A DNA stretch of 64,000 bases, from positions 1 to 64,000 of IMG/VR virus record IMGVR_UViG_3300005573_000062; one strand, given 5' to 3'. The translations under genes were made by a program, and so were the position numbers. Below the pieces are notes generated by a model. That model saw only the letters and a list, made by a program, of their open reading frames with translations, did not search any database and was not told where the DNA came from. This document shows positions 1-9,443 of the stretch, one piece after another. Source of the DNA: a virus. Positions within the stretch are counted from its first letter, which is position 1. Each line of letters starts with the position of its first letter.

Positions 1-117
1 ATTTCCCGAAGGTAGAGGTTACAATACTATTAATTTCGATAAGGTTATTGAGATTTTTGAAAAAGATGGATGGATTAAATTAAAAAAAGAATGTGAAATC
101 AAAAACAAGGAGGAAAA

Positions 118-338
118 ATGATAAAAATAATAGTTGACTATTGGTGGGCAGTAATAATAACAGGATTAATAACCGTCGTCGTTGGAGGAATTGCGGCTGT
201 TTTTGGAGATAGAAATATACAATTAAATCTATCTTTGAACCCATTGGAGTTATAATCGTGCGGGCTGGCTGGGGATTTTTTCTTTTAGGAGTGGTTGGGA
301 TGCTTGCTCGGATGTTAAAATACATTTTAAAAGGATAA
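118..338 (+). pseudogene. Probable two-TM membrane protein split by a frameshift near 211
   Basis: AGGAGG RBS then ATG118 MIKIIVDYWWAVIITGLITVVVGGIAAVFGD; a second hydrophobic helix (IGVIIVRAGWGFFLLGVVGMLARML) follows in the -1 frame 213-338. Confidence 0.45.
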
Positions 339-356
339 TTTTAAGAGGGAAATAAA

Positions 357-587
357 ATGAAAGATAAAATAGTTAAAGAATTAATGATGATACTTTTAAA
401 GAGTACGATCGATGAACCGATTACATTTAGAGTAAGCAACGGAGAAATAACAATAGATGCTGGCTCTATTCTGTTTGTTGTCAAATATTCAGATACTGAA
501 ACTATTAAAGATATTGTGGACACCTATAAAAAGAATAGAAGCATATTGAAGACGATCGAAAAAATAGTCTACGAGATTCGAAAATAG
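357..587 (+). CDS. Hypothetical protein
   Basis: GAGG RBS; 76-aa ORF in the + strand run. Confidence 0.6.
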   Translation: MKDKIVKELMMILLKSTIDEPITFRVSNGEITIDAGSILFVVKYSDTETIKDIVDTYKKNRSILKTIEKIVYEIRK

Positions 588-631
588 ATTGAATTATTTT
601 TTAAAATTTTATCTATTAAACTCCTTCTAAA

Positions 632-660
632 ACCCACGGTTTTAACCGTGGGTAGATGAC
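632..660. mobile_element. Orphan IS200/IS605-family end hairpin
   Basis: ACCCACGGTT-TT-AACCGTGGGT followed by AGATGAC; reverse complement GTCATCTACCCACGGTTAAAACCGTGGG resembles TnpB/IscB element ends. Confidence 0.6.
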
Positions 661-674
661 ATAAGTGAGGATTA

Positions 675-1202
675 ATGTTAAATAAGGATTTAATAAGTAA
701 ATTTTCAGACGGAGTACGAGTAATACTAGTGACAAATAGAAAAGGGAATGAGAAATTTTTTATCTCGAGGCACAGACAAGAATTCGAACAAAAAGTTAAA
801 GAAGAATATGAAAAACTTCAAAGTGGGTTTAGAATATATTCAAATGTAAATAAACGAAATCTTGAAAAAGCAATTAGATTATTTAAGGAACAACAATTAA
901 AAGCTGACTATATTGAACAATTAAGAAAACCATTTTATACCAGAATTGAAAGATATTTTATTTCTGCTCTATCTTCTCCTTCATCAAGAGATGAAAAACA
1001 ATTTATAATAGACATTGATGATTTAAGTATCGAGAATGAAATCAAAAATTTAATGAGTATGAATAATATAAAATCAATCTTCGAATACGGTACAATTACT
1101 GGAAAACATATAGTAGTTGAACCATTTAATGTTAAACTTATTCCTTTGTCTGATAAAGTTCATGTATTAAAAGATGGAATGTTATTAATTGGATTCAAAT
1201 AG
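675..1202 (+). CDS. Phage protein with AEP-like motifs
   Basis: hhhDhDD (FIIDIDD) and TxTGxHh (TITGKHIV) motifs. Confidence 0.4.
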   Translation: MLNKDLISKFSDGVRVILVTNRKGNEKFFISRHRQEFEQKVKEEYEKLQSGFRIYSNVNKRNLEKAIRLFKEQQLKADYIEQLRKPFYTRIERYFISALSSPSSRDEKQFIIDIDDLSIENEIKNLMSMNNIKSIFEYGTITGKHIVVEPFNVKLIPLSDKVHVLKDGMLLIGFK

Positions 1203-1280
1203 GAGAATATGAAAGAAAAAGTGATTCAAAATGAAATGTAACGAAATTTAATTAGAGTTTAATTTAAATACATAATTAGA

Positions 1281-1309
1281 TTGAACGAATTTGCAAATTT
1301 ATATATAAT
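1281..1309 (+). promoter_or_regulatory. sigma70-like promoter
   Basis: TTGAAC-N17-TATAAT upstream of GGAGG RBS. Confidence 0.75.
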
Positions 1310-1327
1310 ATTAATTAGAAGGAGGAA

Positions 1328-1618
1328 GTGAAAATGAATCAAGCAGATGAAATAAAAAAGAAGTTGATAGAATTCCGAGGCAGTTTAGAAACTACTTTCG
1401 ATAATCTTGAGAAATCTATTGCTTTAGCTTCAGAAGCCTATGGAATGGCTAAATTCGTTGATGATGAAGAAGTGATGAATTCATTAGAAAAAGAATTATC
1501 TGATTTAATTAAATCGAAATTTTCTATTCCATGGTACATTCCTAATTTCGTTGTTGATAAAATAGCTAAATACACAATCGAAAAAGTTTATCTGGGATTA
1601 AAGAACGTTGTAAAATGA
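1328..1618 (+). CDS. Hypothetical protein
   Basis: AAGGAGG RBS; stop overlaps next start (ATGA). Confidence 0.7.
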   Translation: MKMNQADEIKKKLIEFRGSLETTFDNLEKSIALASEAYGMAKFVDDEEVMNSLEKELSDLIKSKFSIPWYIPNFVVDKIAKYTIEKVYLGLKNVVK

Positions 1619-1944
1619 TCGCTAGAAAAAATTTAGATAGTCTATATTATCAGGTAGATACCCCAGAAGGAACCCTGCATATTCATATAGATCATAAAGG
1701 AGGTCACGTGGACGAGGTTTTTCTAAGGATAGCACCAATTGGGACTTCAATTAGTAATTTAACCTCGATGCTGGGAGTATTCATTTCTGAAGCTCTGAAA
1801 CGAGGACTTCCATTAGACAAAGCAATTAAACATCTGAACACTAGTAAATCTGGACGGAGAATAATACATGAAAATGTTTCAATCGAAACAATCGAACAGG
1901 CGATTGGCATTGCGCTGGAAAATTTTAGGAATAAGTATAATTAG
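1615..1944 (+). CDS. Stand-alone NrdJ C-terminal (TSCPD-like) domain protein
   Basis: VDTPEGTLHIHI..EVF..GT....ISEALKRGLPL..I..L...AIGIAL matches the TSCPD domain pattern. Confidence 0.65.
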   Translation: MIARKNLDSLYYQVDTPEGTLHIHIDHKGGHVDEVFLRIAPIGTSISNLTSMLGVFISEALKRGLPLDKAIKHLNTSKSGRRIIHENVSIETIEQAIGIALENFRNKYN

Positions 1945-2194
1945 TTGTTTGTTTGGATATATTTATTTAAAATTTTTTAATCCATATTATGTCATTTGGT
2001 TTAAAGGAAACATAATTTTTTGTAAGAAAATAGTCAAAAGAGACAGTAAAATAGATTTTCTAAATTGTTTCGATAAGAAAATGTATCTAAATATAAGTGA
2101 TGAAATAGAGATTGAAGGAACGACTAATAATCCTCAGGGATATGAGAAAGATACAAATAAATCAGAAAAGGTTTTAGAACTGACTGTGGAGTGA
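1868..2194 (+). CDS. Hypothetical membrane-anchored protein
   Basis: N-terminal hydrophobic stretch; start uncertain. Confidence 0.45.
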   Translation: MKMFQSKQSNRRLALRWKILGISIISCLFGYIYLKFFNPYYVIWFKGNIIFCKKIVKRDSKIDFLNCFDKKMYLNISDEIEIEGTTNNPQGYEKDTNKSEKVLELTVE

Positions 2195-2323
2195 AAATGG
2201 ATATATTACGTTTTGAAAATAATCATAGAAAAAGATTGAAAAGATTAGAAAAAGAGGAAGAGAAAAAATTTCCAACATATGCTGAAATTTGTAGATTAAG
2301 AAAGAAAAAAAAAGGAAGAAGAC

Positions 2324-2962
2324 ATGATTATTGTAGGTGGAAGAATATTTGGCGAAGAAATTTACAATCAACTTCAATGTTCTGAAAATAAGACATTTAT
2401 TTTTAATGCAAAAAATTTTAAAATTGGTAATCAAATTGTTTTGGTGGAAGGGATAGTTGATCCTATAGTGGCAAGACACATTTTTCTAGATAACAAGGAT
2501 TCGATTCATTCAGTTGTTCTTAGAAATCCTTGGAGTTTTGAAAGTCGAGAATTCACAAATTTAGTTTTAGAATTTTCTAACATTTATAATTTTAATATTA
2601 TTAATATTCCCGAAATATATGGTAAAAATGTGGATTTTGGATTAGTATTTGAGCTATTTAAAGCTATTAAAAGAGGAACAAAAAAAGAGATAGAGTATGA
2701 GAACAAAGAAAAAATATACGTAATGGAATATAAAGAGTGTATCGGTTTTATGTGTAAAATTTTAAATAGTTCCTTTAAAGGGAGATTTAAGATTCAGGGA
2801 GAGTGTATTATTATAAACGAATTGATTAGATTATTAGATAAGGAACTTAACAGAAAATCAAAAATAAATTTCGTTAAAGTAAAGCCAATCGAATTTTCAG
2901 TTATTGGATATCCATTATTGAGAATTCGAAATTATATCAAAGGAGAATCACATGGAACCTGA
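2324..2962 (+). CDS. Degenerate extended-SDR (epimerase-like) protein
   Basis: MIIVGGRIFG Rossmann-like start; IPEIYG; no YxxxK. Confidence 0.45.
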   Translation: MIIVGGRIFGEEIYNQLQCSENKTFIFNAKNFKIGNQIVLVEGIVDPIVARHIFLDNKDSIHSVVLRNPWSFESREFTNLVLEFSNIYNFNIINIPEIYGKNVDFGLVFELFKAIKRGTKKEIEYENKEKIYVMEYKECIGFMCKILNSSFKGRFKIQGECIIINELIRLLDKELNRKSKINFVKVKPIEFSVIGYPLLRIRNYIKGESHGT

Positions 2963-3146
2963 AACAAAAGAAGTAAATCCTATAGTAAAAAAAATCAATG
3001 AAACAAAACAGAAATATGCAGAAAAGATGCAAGAGCTTCAACAATTAGAAGCCAGAAGAAATGCATTAATAGGAGAAATGTTGAAATTAGAAGGTATGAT
3101 TGAAGCCCTTTTATCTTTAAATGGAGATAAGAATGAAAAAAAGTAA
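2952..3146 (+). CDS. Small coiled-coil protein
   Basis: AGGAG RBS; heptad pattern. Confidence 0.6.
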   Translation: MEPETKEVNPIVKKINETKQKYAEKMQELQQLEARRNALIGEMLKLEGMIEALLSLNGDKNEKK

Positions 3147-3522
3147 TATGCAAAGACATTTGAAAAGAATTTTAGATTATTCGGGGTCAACTGAAAATCT
3201 AAAGTTATTTATCGATTCTTACAAACTTCAATTTTTAATACGATCGGATGGGGTAGGTGTTCAGATTCGAGTTAATGATCCATCTATTTTTCCAATATTG
3301 AGTTTCATAGATAAGTTTAGATTAAAAGCAACATATCGAATATTAAAGATTGAAGATGAAAAATATAATAAAATTTTTGTTTTTAGAAATGCTAAACAGG
3401 CTGTACGTTTTTTTAATAGTTATTTGATAAAAAGATTAGTAGATAATTTCATTTCTAAAATCAAAGTATTAGAACGCGAGAAATCCTTTTTTAATGAAAT
3501 TTCTCTCAACTATAAATTTTAG
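3121..3522 (+). CDS. Hypothetical protein (start likely 3133)
   Basis: GGAG RBS before ATG3133. Confidence 0.55.
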   Translation: MEIRMKKSNMQRHLKRILDYSGSTENLKLFIDSYKLQFLIRSDGVGVQIRVNDPSIFPILSFIDKFRLKATYRILKIEDEKYNKIFVFRNAKQAVRFFNSYLIKRLVDNFISKIKVLEREKSFFNEISLNYKF

Positions 3523-3551
3523 AATATTATTGCTTTTAAATTGAGGCTGTC

Positions 3552-3734
3552 ATGATTAAAACAAAACTTTTTTGTCACTATTGTGAGCAGATTAAGAATA
3601 AAAGAGAGTTCAAGATTGACACTAAAAGACATGTTTGTGATAAGTGTTTATCGACAATGAATCAGTATGATTATGAATATCTCATCTTCTTACGAAGTTT
3701 TAATAATATCATACTGAAAAGAGTTAAACAATGA
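3552..3734 (+). CDS. Small zinc-finger protein
   Basis: CHYC...CDKC. Confidence 0.55.
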   Translation: MIKTKLFCHYCEQIKNKREFKIDTKRHVCDKCLSTMNQYDYEYLIFLRSFNNIILKRVKQ

Positions 3735-4288
3735 AAGTATATTTAGACATGGACGGTGTAATTTGTGACTTTGTTAAAGGTTTGCACACATCTCTTAACA
3801 TTCCTTATAACGAAATAGATTATCCTTATGAATTAGGTAATTATGACATTTTTGGTGAAATAGAAAGAGTAAGAGGTATTCCAAAAGGTAAGCAATATAA
3901 AACTCTTCATGATATTAAATTCTGGGAAAATATTGAAAAAACATTTGAAGCAGATAGACTCGTAAAACTATTAGAAGATATTATCTCAAAAGAAAATATA
4001 TTTATTTTGACCACTGTTCCTCCTAGCTGGAGTTATGCGGCTACAGGAAAATACAAATGGATAACTAAAAATTTAAAAGGATATACTTCTAAACTCATTA
4101 TATCGCCGTTATCAAAATCTTTTTTTGGTAGAGAAGATATTTTATTAATAGATGATGCAGATGAAAACTATAAAGAATATACTGCATCCGGATTCAGTTC
4201 ATATCTAGTTCCGAGACCCTGGAATTCTAGATACAATGAAACAAATAAAGATTGGATAAAAGAAATTTCAGATCTTTTGATGTCATGA
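3731..4288 (+). CDS. 5'(3')-deoxyribonucleotidase (NT5C, HAD family)
   Basis: YLDMDGVICDF, ILTT, K.KW, LLIDD, PWN. Confidence 0.85.
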   Translation: MKVYLDMDGVICDFVKGLHTSLNIPYNEIDYPYELGNYDIFGEIERVRGIPKGKQYKTLHDIKFWENIEKTFEADRLVKLLEDIISKENIFILTTVPPSWSYAATGKYKWITKNLKGYTSKLIISPLSKSFFGREDILLIDDADENYKEYTASGFSSYLVPRPWNSRYNETNKDWIKEISDLLMS

Positions 4289-4674
4289 TAGAATATTTAG
4301 AGGAATACACTTTTTTTAAATACCATATCCAAAGAGAAAATATTCTTAAAAATCTTTTCATTTTATATTTAAGTAAAATAACCACCGGATCTTTTATTCA
4401 CAGAGTATTCGGGATAACAATTTTTTCAATATATAGATTGAGAAAAAAGAATTTAAAAGCTAAAGGAACTTTTTGGGGATCAATTGATTTAGATGTATTT
4501 CCATATATTATAAGACAACAAAATAGTGATATGATACAAAAAGTATTGGAATTAAAAAAAGAATATCCTACTTTGGGGGCAATTAGAATACTCAATCTTT
4601 TGAAATTTAAAGGAGTCGATCCGATTCCTGGATTATCAACAATTAAACGAATTTTGGCTGAGCATAACATATAG
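4252..4674 (+). CDS. HTH protein resembling the IS481-type DNA-binding domain
   Basis: KVLELKKEYPTLGAIRI...L....PGLSTIKRIL; no DDE domain. Confidence 0.55.
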   Translation: MDKRNFRSFDVMIEYLEEYTFFKYHIQRENILKNLFILYLSKITTGSFIHRVFGITIFSIYRLRKKNLKAKGTFWGSIDLDVFPYIIRQQNSDMIQKVLELKKEYPTLGAIRILNLLKFKGVDPIPGLSTIKRILAEHNI

Positions 4675-4696
4675 TCTAACATTGCTTTTTTAATAG

Positions 4697-4981
4697 ATGA
4701 AAATAGATTTTTCTTTTTTATTGTCTAAAAACAATAATACGAAAGATGTAGTCTTTTCTAAGGTCGTTCTCTATAATAAAAGCTACAAGGTGTATGAATA
4801 TTGTTTTGGTCCTTTCGATTACTATTACAAATTTCATACTGACAGATTGAAAAAGTTAAGTTTAAAATATAATTTGAATTTATTTATATTCTTCGAAGTA
4901 TATAAAGATAAATATATAATTAATTTTGATCGAGGACAAATTAACTATGGAGAAATTAAAAAATTTATTAACGTTAATTAA
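4697..4981 (+). CDS. Hypothetical protein
   Basis: ORF directly after an ATTGCTTTTT motif. Confidence 0.5.
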   Translation: MKIDFSFLLSKNNNTKDVVFSKVVLYNKSYKVYEYCFGPFDYYYKFHTDRLKKLSLKYNLNLFIFFEVYKDKYIINFDRGQINYGEIKKFINVN

Positions 4982-5627
4982 AAATTTGTTAAAACCTATA
5001 TCTTCAAAACTTGCCGCAATTCAACAGATAGAATCTGAAAAATCAGAAATTTCGTCTGAACCAGCCGGAGTTTTTAAAGAAAATAAGAAATGGGAATATA
5101 TTATTATTCATCATAGTGCAACATCAGATTCAAGAGCTAAAGATTGGGAATCTATTAGACGCTATCATATGAGTTATCGATTTAATGACAAGATAATAAC
5201 GAAGGAACAGTATGATTATTATATAGCGATAGGGAAATCAGGAGATTTACAGAAACCCTGGAAAGATATAGGATACCATTTTGGAGTAGAATACATCGAT
5301 GGACAGTTAAAAGTATTAGAAGGAAGATCTTTAAATGAATCTGGGGCACACTCGGGTATTCCAGGCGACACTCGTTTTAATGATCACGGTATAGGTATAT
5401 GTTTAGTTGGTAGTTATGATAATAAAGAACCGAATGAAGAACAGATTAATGTATTAATTGATTTAGTTATATCTTTAATTAAAAAATTTGATATAAGTAT
5501 AGATAAAGTTATCGGTCATAGAGAAGTCTACGATCTGCTTAGAAAGCCAAGAATGAAGTCGTGTCCAGGATCAAAATTCAACATGATAGATTTTCGAAGG
5601 AGACTTCATGACCGAATTATACATTAA
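4926..5627 (+). CDS. N-acetylmuramoyl-L-alanine amidase (Amidase_2), probable endolysin
   Basis: IIIHHSAT, DIGYHF, EGR, GAH, GIGICLVG, GHRE, KSCPG. Confidence 0.9.
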   Translation: MIEDKLTMEKLKNLLTLIKNLLKPISSKLAAIQQIESEKSEISSEPAGVFKENKKWEYIIIHHSATSDSRAKDWESIRRYHMSYRFNDKIITKEQYDYYIAIGKSGDLQKPWKDIGYHFGVEYIDGQLKVLEGRSLNESGAHSGIPGDTRFNDHGIGICLVGSYDNKEPNEEQINVLIDLVISLIKKFDISIDKVIGHREVYDLLRKPRMKSCPGSKFNMIDFRRRLHDRIIH

Positions 5628-5775
5628 CTTTGAGGCTAATACTGCTATTTTTATTCTTGATGATGAAAAAATAGTATTTTCATTAAAGAGTCTAGAAGAT
5701 AAATTGAAAACAATTGGAGATATAATTTATTTATTCAAGTTAGAAGATACTGTTGAAATTAATGTTAAAAATTAA
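5608..5775 (+). CDS. 55-aa hypothetical protein (below ORF-track cutoff)
   Basis: AGGAG RBS; MTELYINFEANTAIFILDD...; fills the gap to the convergent gene. Confidence 0.55.
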   Translation: MTELYINFEANTAIFILDDEKIVFSLKSLEDKLKTIGDIIYLFKLEDTVEINVKN

Positions 5776-6734
5776 AAATTTTTCAATTCTTCTGAAAATC
5801 TATATTTCGGACTATACTTAATCTCATTTATTGCCTTATTAATATCTATCATATTTTTTCGGGAATCCAAACTATTTAATTCGTTGTCTATTTGAATTCT
5901 GGACGAAGAGTTAAATCTTTTTATTATGATATTAGCTATTTCTATTAATGAAAAATGTTCAAATGAACCAATATTTAGAATATTAGATTCAGAGTCAATA
6001 GATTTCAACATTCCTTCTATTACATCATTTACACTCACAACATTTTTAATTATATGACCATCTTCACATAATATAATATTTTCGTTGTTTTTAGCTTTAT
6101 TTATAATTGTTCCTATTAATCCATGATAAACCCCGTCTTTTAATTGATCTTTTCCATAAACAATTGGAAATCTTAATATTTTTACTTTATGTTTTGATTT
6201 TAATTTCCAGAAAATATTTTCTTGATATAACTTAGAAATAGCATAAATATTTAAAGGAATAGTTAAATCATTTTCATTATTCTTAAATGCTTTTAATGAC
6301 GTATGACAAGACGGGCAAAAACAATCAAAAGTATTAAATTTTTCATAATCTCTGATAGGATTTTTTATAAAGTTTTTACATTTAGTACATAGATACTTAC
6401 CTTCTCCATAAACCTGTGTCGTGGACGGTATTATAATGTGTTTATTATTATGATGTAATAGTTCTTCGTATAATATAGTAGACAATACAATATTCTTTTG
6501 AATTGTATCCCCTGGCTTCAATTCTGATTCATTAACCCCATTTTTAGAAGCCATGTGTATTATTATATCAGCCCATTCTATATATTTTTTAAACACTCTT
6601 TTATTAGAAAATCCATTTTTAGTTTCAACTTGAGGAGACGGTTGGGTATCGAAATTTACTATATCGTGTGTTTTAAGATGAGGAATCAAAGCAGTTCCAA
6701 GAAATCCTGAACCTCCAGTAATCAGTATATTCAT
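5772..6734 (-). CDS. NAD-dependent epimerase/dehydratase with Zn-ribbon insert
   Basis: ITGGSGFLG, STTQVYG, YAISK; CTKC...CPSC. Confidence 0.88.
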   Translation of the reverse strand: MNILITGGSGFLGTALIPHLKTHDIVNFDTQPSPQVETKNGFSNKRVFKKYIEWADIIIHMASKNGVNESELKPGDTIQKNIVLSTILYEELLHHNNKHIIIPSTTQVYGEGKYLCTKCKNFIKNPIRDYEKFNTFDCFCPSCHTSLKAFKNNENDLTIPLNIYAISKLYQENIFWKLKSKHKVKILRFPIVYGKDQLKDGVYHGLIGTIINKAKNNENIILCEDGHIIKNVVSVNDVIEGMLKSIDSESNILNIGSFEHFSLIEIANIIIKRFNSSSRIQIDNELNSLDSRKNMIDINKAINEIKYSPKYRFSEELKNF

Positions 6735-6958
6735 AGAGTTTTCTCCTTAACTATTTCATCTACCATTTTATTTTTTATTATGAAACGGGTTGCTTTTTTA
6801 GGATCATCAAATTCTATTCCTTTTATTCTAATCGATTTAATATTTAAACCAAAGGCTTTTCTTAAACATTTCGATATTGCTGCGGTAGGAGAAGTAGCAT
6901 ATATTGCTCTTAAAAACTTCGATTCTGGAATTTCTATTATATATAATTTTGTATCCAT
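6731..6958 (-). CDS. Hypothetical protein
   Basis: Overlapping gene in the minus-strand operon. Confidence 0.55.
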   Translation of the reverse strand: MDTKLYIIEIPESKFLRAIYATSPTAAISKCLRKAFGLNIKSIRIKGIEFDDPKKATRFIIKNKMVDEIVKEKTL

Positions 6959-7587
6959 TTTTTTCTTTCCTCTGTTATCTTTTTTAAATTAAATTCTCTT
7001 TTGTTTATATTATTATATATAGTTTTGCCTAATCGTTCAATCTTCTTAGCAAATTTGAAAAAGTATGAATCTAAATGAGGAGGAACCCAACCACCCGATC
7101 TGCAAATGAAAATATCAGTGATTGTTCCTTTTACATTGAGATTTCTGAGAGTTGACACCTTTGTTCTATTTTTATCGTAATAAAAATGGTTAGGATAGAC
7201 CCATTCTGGATAAATCCATAGTATAGGATTTGATAAGAATGAAATCCAGTTTCCGCAATACAACTTTGAAGTTGGTTCCTGGTCTGAATGCGAATCTAAG
7301 TGTATAATTAAAGCCTGGGAATCTTTATTCTTAAAAAAATGATATGCTTCTTTATGACTATCTGTAACATATATTTCGTTAATGTTAAAATTTAATCGTT
7401 TTTTTAACATATCAAATAGTGTAAAAGGTGTTGGAATCCCGGATATTTTCCATTTTTCTATGTCATAATGCAAATATCTGAGAATCCATCCTTCGCCTGA
7501 ATCTGAATATCTTCCGATTTCTGCTAGATTGATTGGATCTCTGGGCTTTACCCAGAAATCGAAATCAATTGAAAGATATATTTTCAT
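6937..7587 (-). CDS. UPF0489/arginase-like metal hydrolase
   Basis: LSIDFDFW, DSH, HLDSHSD, CGNW, ICRSGGWVPPHLD. Confidence 0.65.
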   Translation of the reverse strand: MKIYLSIDFDFWVKPRDPINLAEIGRYSDSGEGWILRYLHYDIEKWKISGIPTPFTLFDMLKKRLNFNINEIYVTDSHKEAYHFFKNKDSQALIIHLDSHSDQEPTSKLYCGNWISFLSNPILWIYPEWVYPNHFYYDKNRTKVSTLRNLNVKGTITDIFICRSGGWVPPHLDSYFFKFAKKIERLGKTIYNNINKREFNLKKITEERKKWIQNYI

Positions 7588-7792
7588 TTTTAATCTCTTT
7601 AGCTTTTTCTTTTAATTTTCTAAATTCGTAATACAGATGATTTATTTTCTTAGACAATTCCTTTCTTTTCTTGACATTTATTTTTAATTCATTTAAAAGT
7701 CTCCTATTTTTCTCGGATAGATATTTTCGTATTTTTCTAGCTTCGTTTATTTCTTGTTTTAGATCTTTTAAATGCATTTTAATCATTTTCAA
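7565..7792 (-). CDS. Coiled-coil hypothetical protein
   Basis: First gene after the minus-strand promoter. Confidence 0.55.
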   Translation of the reverse strand: MKMIKMHLKDLKQEINEARKIRKYLSEKNRRLLNELKINVKKRKELSKKINHLYYEFRKLKEKAKEIKNENISFN

Positions 7793-7826
7793 CCTCTCAT
7801 TGACTTTTTAAATTTTATTTATTAAT

Positions 7827-7855
7827 ATTATATAAAAATTTTGATTTTCGTTCAA
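7827..7855 (-). promoter_or_regulatory. sigma70-like promoter for the minus-strand operon
   Basis: Reverse complement TTGAAC-N17-TATAAT. Confidence 0.75.
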
Positions 7856-7860
7856 TCTGA

Positions 7861-7878
7861 TATAAAATTGCTTATTTT
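7861..7878 (+). promoter_or_regulatory. Putative late promoter
   Basis: TATAAAATTGCTTATTTT, 5 nt before ATG7884; recurrent motif. Confidence 0.65.
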
Positions 7879-7883
7879 CTGCA

Positions 7884-9392
7884 ATGGCGTCGTATAAACA
7901 CGAAAAAGAAAACATAGGATATCCTATTACCAGTATCGAAATTGAAAAAGATACAAGTGAGCCAACTGAAGAAGAACTCGAAGAAGTCGAAAAACCTATA
8001 AAACAAACGCCTGGGTATTCTAGAATATTTGAATTTGATGCAACATTAAAATCTTTTCTTTACAAATATTCACAAGAAATAGAAGATAAAATAAAAGAAT
8101 TCGTCGATTCAATAGATTGGAAAAATTTGAATAAAGATGAAATAATAAATTATATTAACAAAACGATTGAAAAGATTGGAGGCCGTGAAGAATTTGAAAA
8201 ATTAATAAATAAACAACCGTCGCTGATAGAGAGTATTGTAAAAACATATTTGATAGAAAAAATTAAACAAGATTTTCCAAAAAATATTAAGATAGATGAA
8301 AATATTAAAAATAAATCGATAGAAGAAATGATTGATTATTATATAAGCAATTTAAAAATTTCAGATTCCGAAAATACAGAACCAAGTGAAAGAGAAAAAT
8401 ACGATAGTATTATTAAGTTATGGAATGAAATTAAAGAAGACTGGCCATTAACTAAATTATTTAATTTTGAAAGTAAATCGATAACAATTGATCCTGTTTT
8501 ACTTAAAAATATCAAAGTGTTAGAAGATAAAACTCATACTTTATCAGAGGCAATAGAAGCTTTTGGTATATTGTCTAATTTACTTGCCCCTATTCAATTG
8601 GATGATGTATACGGTTATTTAGTAGATAAAGAAATTTTACATTATATTGGATCAGATACTGTAGTTCGTGTCGGTACTGCTTCTGTTGTAAGTGGAAAAG
8701 AACCAAAAGAATATCCAGTTGTAATGAATAAACGAGGTATGATATTTGTTCCTTTCTCAAAAAAATTGGTTGAGAAAACTGAACGAGGGGTATATGTAGC
8801 AAAGAAAGGAAGTCGAATATATTTAAATGAAAATATTCGTAAAGATCGTTATGTTCTAAAAGAAGAAAAAGATTGGATAATACTTCCTTATGACGTAAAA
8901 GTTTCTAAAGTACAGCGATTTTCAGGAAGAGATATTTCATTGGAATATAAAGATGGTAAACTCAAAAAAATCCATATACACCCATTTTATTTAGTAGAGA
9001 CCGAAGACGAGTTTTTTTCTCATCGATTTTTTTATATTTCTTCAGAAGATCTTACAGAATATAAAAGAAAGGTTTTTTCTAATTTATCTGAGATTCCTTG
9101 GATTTCTAGGGAATTCTCTAATTCTCCAGAGACCCCAATTTCTAATAGTCCAGTAGAAGAACCTGGGAATCCATATTATCAATCGATGCATAATAGTCCT
9201 GCTGATTATTTAGCTATGCCAAACGTAGGAGATACTTTAGGCGAAAGAAGAATTGATCGTGGATATTCAGGAGATGCAGAATATAGTAATAAAGATTACA
9301 TCAAATTGTATAAAGAAAAGAAAAAAGAAGAATTGAAAGAAAAATTAAAAGAACATCCTTACTGTGCATTCTTTCTGAAAAGAGATCTATAA
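7884..9392 (+). CDS. Hypothetical protein, putative virion/head-associated
   Basis: 502-aa ORF after late motif. Confidence 0.6.
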   Translation: MASYKHEKENIGYPITSIEIEKDTSEPTEEELEEVEKPIKQTPGYSRIFEFDATLKSFLYKYSQEIEDKIKEFVDSIDWKNLNKDEIINYINKTIEKIGGREEFEKLINKQPSLIESIVKTYLIEKIKQDFPKNIKIDENIKNKSIEEMIDYYISNLKISDSENTEPSEREKYDSIIKLWNEIKEDWPLTKLFNFESKSITIDPVLLKNIKVLEDKTHTLSEAIEAFGILSNLLAPIQLDDVYGYLVDKEILHYIGSDTVVRVGTASVVSGKEPKEYPVVMNKRGMIFVPFSKKLVEKTERGVYVAKKGSRIYLNENIRKDRYVLKEEKDWIILPYDVKVSKVQRFSGRDISLEYKDGKLKKIHIHPFYLVETEDEFFSHRFFYISSEDLTEYKRKVFSNLSEIPWISREFSNSPETPISNSPVEEPGNPYYQSMHNSPADYLAMPNVGDTLGERRIDRGYSGDAEYSNKDYIKLYKEKKKEELKEKLKEHPYCAFFLKRDL

Positions 9393-9443
9393 TATATTTT
9401 GACGTTTTTAATTAAAGTTATTTTTAAAAAAAGGAGAAATAGA

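Noticed and set aside
4252-4674. IS481 transposase
   Set aside because: Only the HTH part is present; no DDE domain or terminal repeats
5641-5655. Late-promoter-like ACTGCTATTTTT
   Set aside because: Poor match that lies inside the 5608-5775 ORF
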